From: a virus
DNA length: 64,000 bases
Reading direction: 5' to 3' (one strand)
Virus record (IMG/VR): IMGVR_UViG_3300046660_000403
Location: 12,832 to 76,831 of that record
The notes beneath the pieces are model-generated. The model was not told the DNA's origin, did no database searches, and saw nothing but the letters and a program-made list of their open reading frames with translations. Numbering within the stretch: the first letter of the stretch is position 1; every line of letters starts with the position of its first letter. A program made the position numbers and the translations under genes. Below, piece after piece: positions 60,772-64,000 of the stretch.

Positions 60772-61003
60772 GGGGTTGCAGTTTTGGGGTGAAATGTAAC
60801 CTACCCTGTAACCTCGAAAAGTGTAACCACGGGAAGTGCCTCAGACAGGCCCGTTTTTTTGCCATTTCGCCCTGCCCGGCTTTCACGCCATGGCGCCACG
60901 CGCAGCATGTAAGCCATTGATTGATATCGCTTATTCCGACATTCCCCGCGCGCGCCGAGCAGCTGCAGGAAGGTTGCAGCGCCGGTTGCGCAGGGCGGTT
61001 GCA
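60772..61003. other. attP-like recombination site
   Basis: 3x TGTAACC and 3x inverted GGTTGC(A/G) flanking an IHF box; downstream of the integrase. Confidence 0.6.
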
Positions 61004-61095
61004 GCACCGTTTTTCGCCTCAAAATCTGGCCTGAAACCTGCCCAAAACGGGCACCTGTTTTTAATTGCACTGATGATTATGATTTGTGCGCCTCT

Positions 61096-62160
61096 CTAGC
61101 GTGCATGCGGCCTCGCGCGCCGGTGTCCGGCAATTTTCCGCCCGTCCAATCCTGACGCCATGCCGATGCGGTCCTGCGCCTGCGCACCCACCTCCAGATT
61201 CACCTCCAGATAGGCCATGGTGGTGTTGGCGTCCTTGTGGCGCAGCATCGCCTTGATGGTCTGCACCGGCACATGCTCCTCCGACAGCAAGGTGGCGAAC
61301 GTGCCGCGCAGGCGGTGCGGCGTGATCCCCATCAATCCCGTGGTCTTGTTGGCGCGCGCCATGGCCCGCCTGGCGTAGCCCACCGGCAGCTGCTGCCCAT
61401 GCTTGCGCGGCGCGATCAGCCCGGACTTCCGGCGCAGCGGCCGCAGATAGTCTTTCAGCCAGGTCGGCATGCTCACCGCCACCGCCTCCTTTCCCTTGGT
61501 GATGCCCGGCGTATACGTGCCGCGCTCCCAATCGACCCATTCCCAGCGCGCGCCGCCCGCCTCCGATTCGCGCAGGCCCAGCCCGTACATCAGACGCACG
61601 GCGGTTGGCACCGACGAGCCGCGCCGCACGCTGCGGTCGATGGCGGCGAACCATGCGACAGTTTTTTTCAGCGGCAGCGTGTGGCGCACCTTTTTCTGCA
61701 CCGTCAATTGCGGCACCTTCCAGGGCAGCTCGGGGATGATCTTCTGCCGAACGGCCCAGTTCACCAGCAGCTTCATGTAGCGCAGCCAGTGGTTGCCGCT
61801 GCTGCGCGAGCGCCCCGCCAGGTGCGCGTTGCGGGCGCGCTCGATGACTTCTGTGCTCAGCTTCGAGATCGGCATGTCACCCAGCCCGTACAGATGGCGG
61901 CGCGCCAGCAGATCCATGCTGCTTCGGTGCGAGTCGCTGGCCAGCGGCCCGCGCACCTCCTTCCAGCGCGTGATCAGTTGCAGCACGGTCGGTATCGCCT
62001 GCATGCCGTTGGCGCGGGCCTTGGCCTCGGCGTGGGCCTTATTGGCGATCTCCTGTGCGATGCGCTTGTTGGTTTGGCGGGTGGTGCGCTGGGTGCGCAC
62101 GCCGTCGACGCGGAATCGGTAGTGCCAGATCCGGCCTTCGCGGAACAGCTCAGTGGTCAT
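61096..62160 (-). CDS. int: Phage integrase (tyrosine recombinase with arm-binding-type N-terminus)
   Basis: WHYRFRVDG, GLRESE, TKGK, HRLRGT, LRH, TTMAY. Confidence 0.9.
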   Translation of the reverse strand: MTTELFREGRIWHYRFRVDGVRTQRTTRQTNKRIAQEIANKAHAEAKARANGMQAIPTVLQLITRWKEVRGPLASDSHRSSMDLLARRHLYGLGDMPISKLSTEVIERARNAHLAGRSRSSGNHWLRYMKLLVNWAVRQKIIPELPWKVPQLTVQKKVRHTLPLKKTVAWFAAIDRSVRRGSSVPTAVRLMYGLGLRESEAGGARWEWVDWERGTYTPGITKGKEAVAVSMPTWLKDYLRPLRRKSGLIAPRKHGQQLPVGYARRAMARANKTTGLMGITPHRLRGTFATLLSEEHVPVQTIKAMLRHKDANTTMAYLEVNLEVGAQAQDRIGMASGLDGRKIAGHRRARPHAR

Positions 62161-62225
62161 GGTGGAGTCCCAAAGTAAAGGGCCGCAACAGGTGCGGCCG
62201 GAGACGGTCAAGGATGCGGCCCAGC

Positions 62226-62663
62226 TCAGCGGCCGGGGTGGACTGGACGCGGCTGCGTCGTCGGGGGCGTCGGCGGCGGAGCGAACGCGGTCTCGTGCGA
62301 TTTCTTGATGCTGGCGGCGAGGCGGTGTGCCTGGTCGGCGAAGCTCTTGACGTGGTCGTAATAGGTGCGGCGGCCGATGCCCAGCTGGTCGGCGGTGCGC
62401 TTGACGACTTCGCCGTCGCCGACATAGTAGGCCATGAAAGCGCGCGCCTTGACGGTCCACTTTGGCATGTCGGCCAGCGCATGCACCGCCATGTTGAAGT
62501 AGGTCATGTCCGGGTGGTTGCGCGCGTTCGGCTCCGTTCCCGTCTTCGATGCCTGCATGCGGCCCAGCAGGCTGCCGCCCGCCTTTTTCATGTACATGCC
62601 GCGTGTCTGGCACCAGCGCACCCACTCGTGGCAATACTCCGCTACCGGATCCCTCTTTTTCAT
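62226..62663 (-). CDS. Q-like antiterminator / late regulator with C-terminal HTH
   Basis: CHEWVRW..VKRTADQLGIGRRTYYDHV. Confidence 0.6.
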   Translation of the reverse strand: MKKRDPVAEYCHEWVRWCQTRGMYMKKAGGSLLGRMQASKTGTEPNARNHPDMTYFNMAVHALADMPKWTVKARAFMAYYVGDGEVVKRTADQLGIGRRTYYDHVKSFADQAHRLAASIKKSHETAFAPPPTPPTTQPRPVHPGR

Positions 62664-62733
62664 CAGCCGCTCTCCTTGGTCATTTCGCGGCCAGTCTACG
62701 GGCGGTTTCCGGAAAACTTGGATTTTCTGCGCG

Positions 62734-63087
62734 CTACAGCGCCAGGCGCCACGGGAAGGCCGGTGAATAGCCCAGGAACAGCGGCTTGGCGAACAGGTCG
62801 CGGATGCGCGGCGGCACGATCGAGCGCGGCGGCTCGGCCTGGTCCAGCTTTTCCAGATGGAACTGCGCCGGCAGCGACAGGCGGTAGAGGATGCCCTCCC
62901 GCACCAGGCAGCCACGGCTGACCAAGTCGCAGTACAACTCCACCATCTTGGCATGGTCGATCCCCTCGGGCAGTTTGCTCGAGGCGAATTCGCCATGGAC
63001 CTCGGCGCCCTGCCAGATGGTCAACGGTCCCTTCAAGAATGCTTTCAGGATCCGTTCGCCGCGTGAGTTTTTCTCTGGAAATTTCAT
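62734..63087 (-). CDS. Hypothetical protein (winged-helix-like)
   Basis: GAGG RBS; 117 aa. Confidence 0.6.
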   Translation of the reverse strand: MKFPEKNSRGERILKAFLKGPLTIWQGAEVHGEFASSKLPEGIDHAKMVELYCDLVSRGCLVREGILYRLSLPAQFHLEKLDQAEPPRSIVPPRIRDLFAKPLFLGYSPAFPWRLAL

Positions 63088-63130
63088 GATATCGCCCTCG
63101 TGAAGCCGCGCGCTCGGCGCGGCGCGCCTG

Positions 63131-63643
63131 TCAATGAATGCGTTCGGCTGAATAGACGTTGCCGTCGCGCATGCGCTTTTTCAGCTCCGCGTCGGCGTTC
63201 ATCATGTCCATCGGCGTGGCGTGCTCCATTTGCGCATCATGGATCTTGAGCACATTTTCCACCGCCAGCAGGCCGGGACCATCCAGGCGGTAACTGCCGT
63301 GACGTTCGCCGCGCATCTTGGCCTTGAACAGGCCTTCCAGCGCCGGCACGATTTCAGGCGTGCATTCTTCGCCCAGTCCGCCCTCGGCCAGCAGCAGCGC
63401 CATATTCACGGACGCGGCCACGTTGGACCATGCTTCCTCGGTCGCGGTCCCGCTTTTCAGGTCGCCGAACGCCAACCAGTAGGCGGTGGCCAGGTCGGCG
63501 CGGGCCTCCTCCGCGTAAGGCGAGTTGAGCACCACACGATGGCGCGCGCGGTCTTCGATTCGTACCAGCGCCATCAGGCCGCCGCCGGCAGCAGCCGTCT
63601 TCGGGCGGTAGGGTTTGTTGCGGGGTTTCTTGGTCTTGCTCAT
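63131..63643 (-). CDS. Conserved phage early protein
   Basis: KKPRNKPYRPK..G.ATEEAWSNVAASVN..IHDAQME. Confidence 0.75.
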   Translation of the reverse strand: MSKTKKPRNKPYRPKTAAAGGGLMALVRIEDRARHRVVLNSPYAEEARADLATAYWLAFGDLKSGTATEEAWSNVAASVNMALLLAEGGLGEECTPEIVPALEGLFKAKMRGERHGSYRLDGPGLLAVENVLKIHDAQMEHATPMDMMNADAELKKRMRDGNVYSAERIH

Positions 63644-63990
63644 CGTGGTCTTGCTCCTAAAAATTTCTTCATTTCTTCGATGCTTTTCTTGGCCAGCGCC
63701 AGGCGCTCGCCGTTCTGTCGCTGGTATTCCGCCGCCACCAGATCCTTGAGCCGCTGCTCGGCATCGGTTCCCTCGGTCTGGCGCGCCTGCTGGTAGGCTG
63801 TTGCGCGCGCGTGCCTGGGCATGCCCGCCAGCAGCCGTACCTGGCAGCACTCTCGCCGCGCCTGGAAGCGGGGCGAGAGTTCCAGGCACCAGTCACATAG
63901 CGGCGGCATGGGGGGCGGGCAAGGGACTGCGGTACGGCTCGGTGCCGAGCACGCGGCGTATGTCGCCGAGATCCATCCCCGCGATGTCAT
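63640..63990 (-). CDS. Hypothetical Cys-containing protein (start uncertain)
   Basis: CDWC..CC; ATGA coupling to the next gene. Confidence 0.55.
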   Translation of the reverse strand: MTSRGWISATYAACSAPSRTAVPCPPPMPPLCDWCLELSPRFQARRECCQVRLLAGMPRHARATAYQQARQTEGTDAEQRLKDLVAAEYQRQNGERLALAKKSIEEMKKFLGARPR

Positions 63991-64000
63991 GCAGGCGCAG

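Overview
GC-rich 64-kb segment of a temperate phage-plasmid, probably from a Burkholderiales/Oxalobacteraceae-like host (inferred from GC content and protein style, not verified). Left end: plasmid replicon with a probable ParB C-terminus, an antisense-RNA-controlled ColE2-type Rep primase with an ori-like motif, and a resolvase-type tyrosine recombinase. A rightward accessory region follows (PRTase + SLOG/DprA-like pair, lipoprotein, stand-alone RNA-ligase OB domain, H-NS, DUF2786). It converges on a ~42-kb leftward late operon: three tRNA/tRNA-like genes, a structured non-coding tract, TerS/TerL, portal, scaffold, N4-gp56-type capsid, adaptors, tail fibre, lysis cassette, tail proteins, a cupin-SET protein, ejection proteins and a 5272-aa DarB-like polyvalent protein. 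Right end: mosaic early genes, a LexA-boxed SRAP operon, an RHH operon, an attP-like site with a second integrase and a Q-like regulator. Most notable: the 15.8-kb polyvalent gene appears to hide three same-strand, +1-frame small genes. Each has its own embedded sigma70-like promoter and sits next to an enzymatic domain, so they are candidate overprinted immunity/inhibitor genes. Also notable is a phage-specific promoter motif (CTMAWTTCCAAGT, with a -10 box 19 nt after TTCCAA) found four times. All family assignments are by eye; no searches were run.
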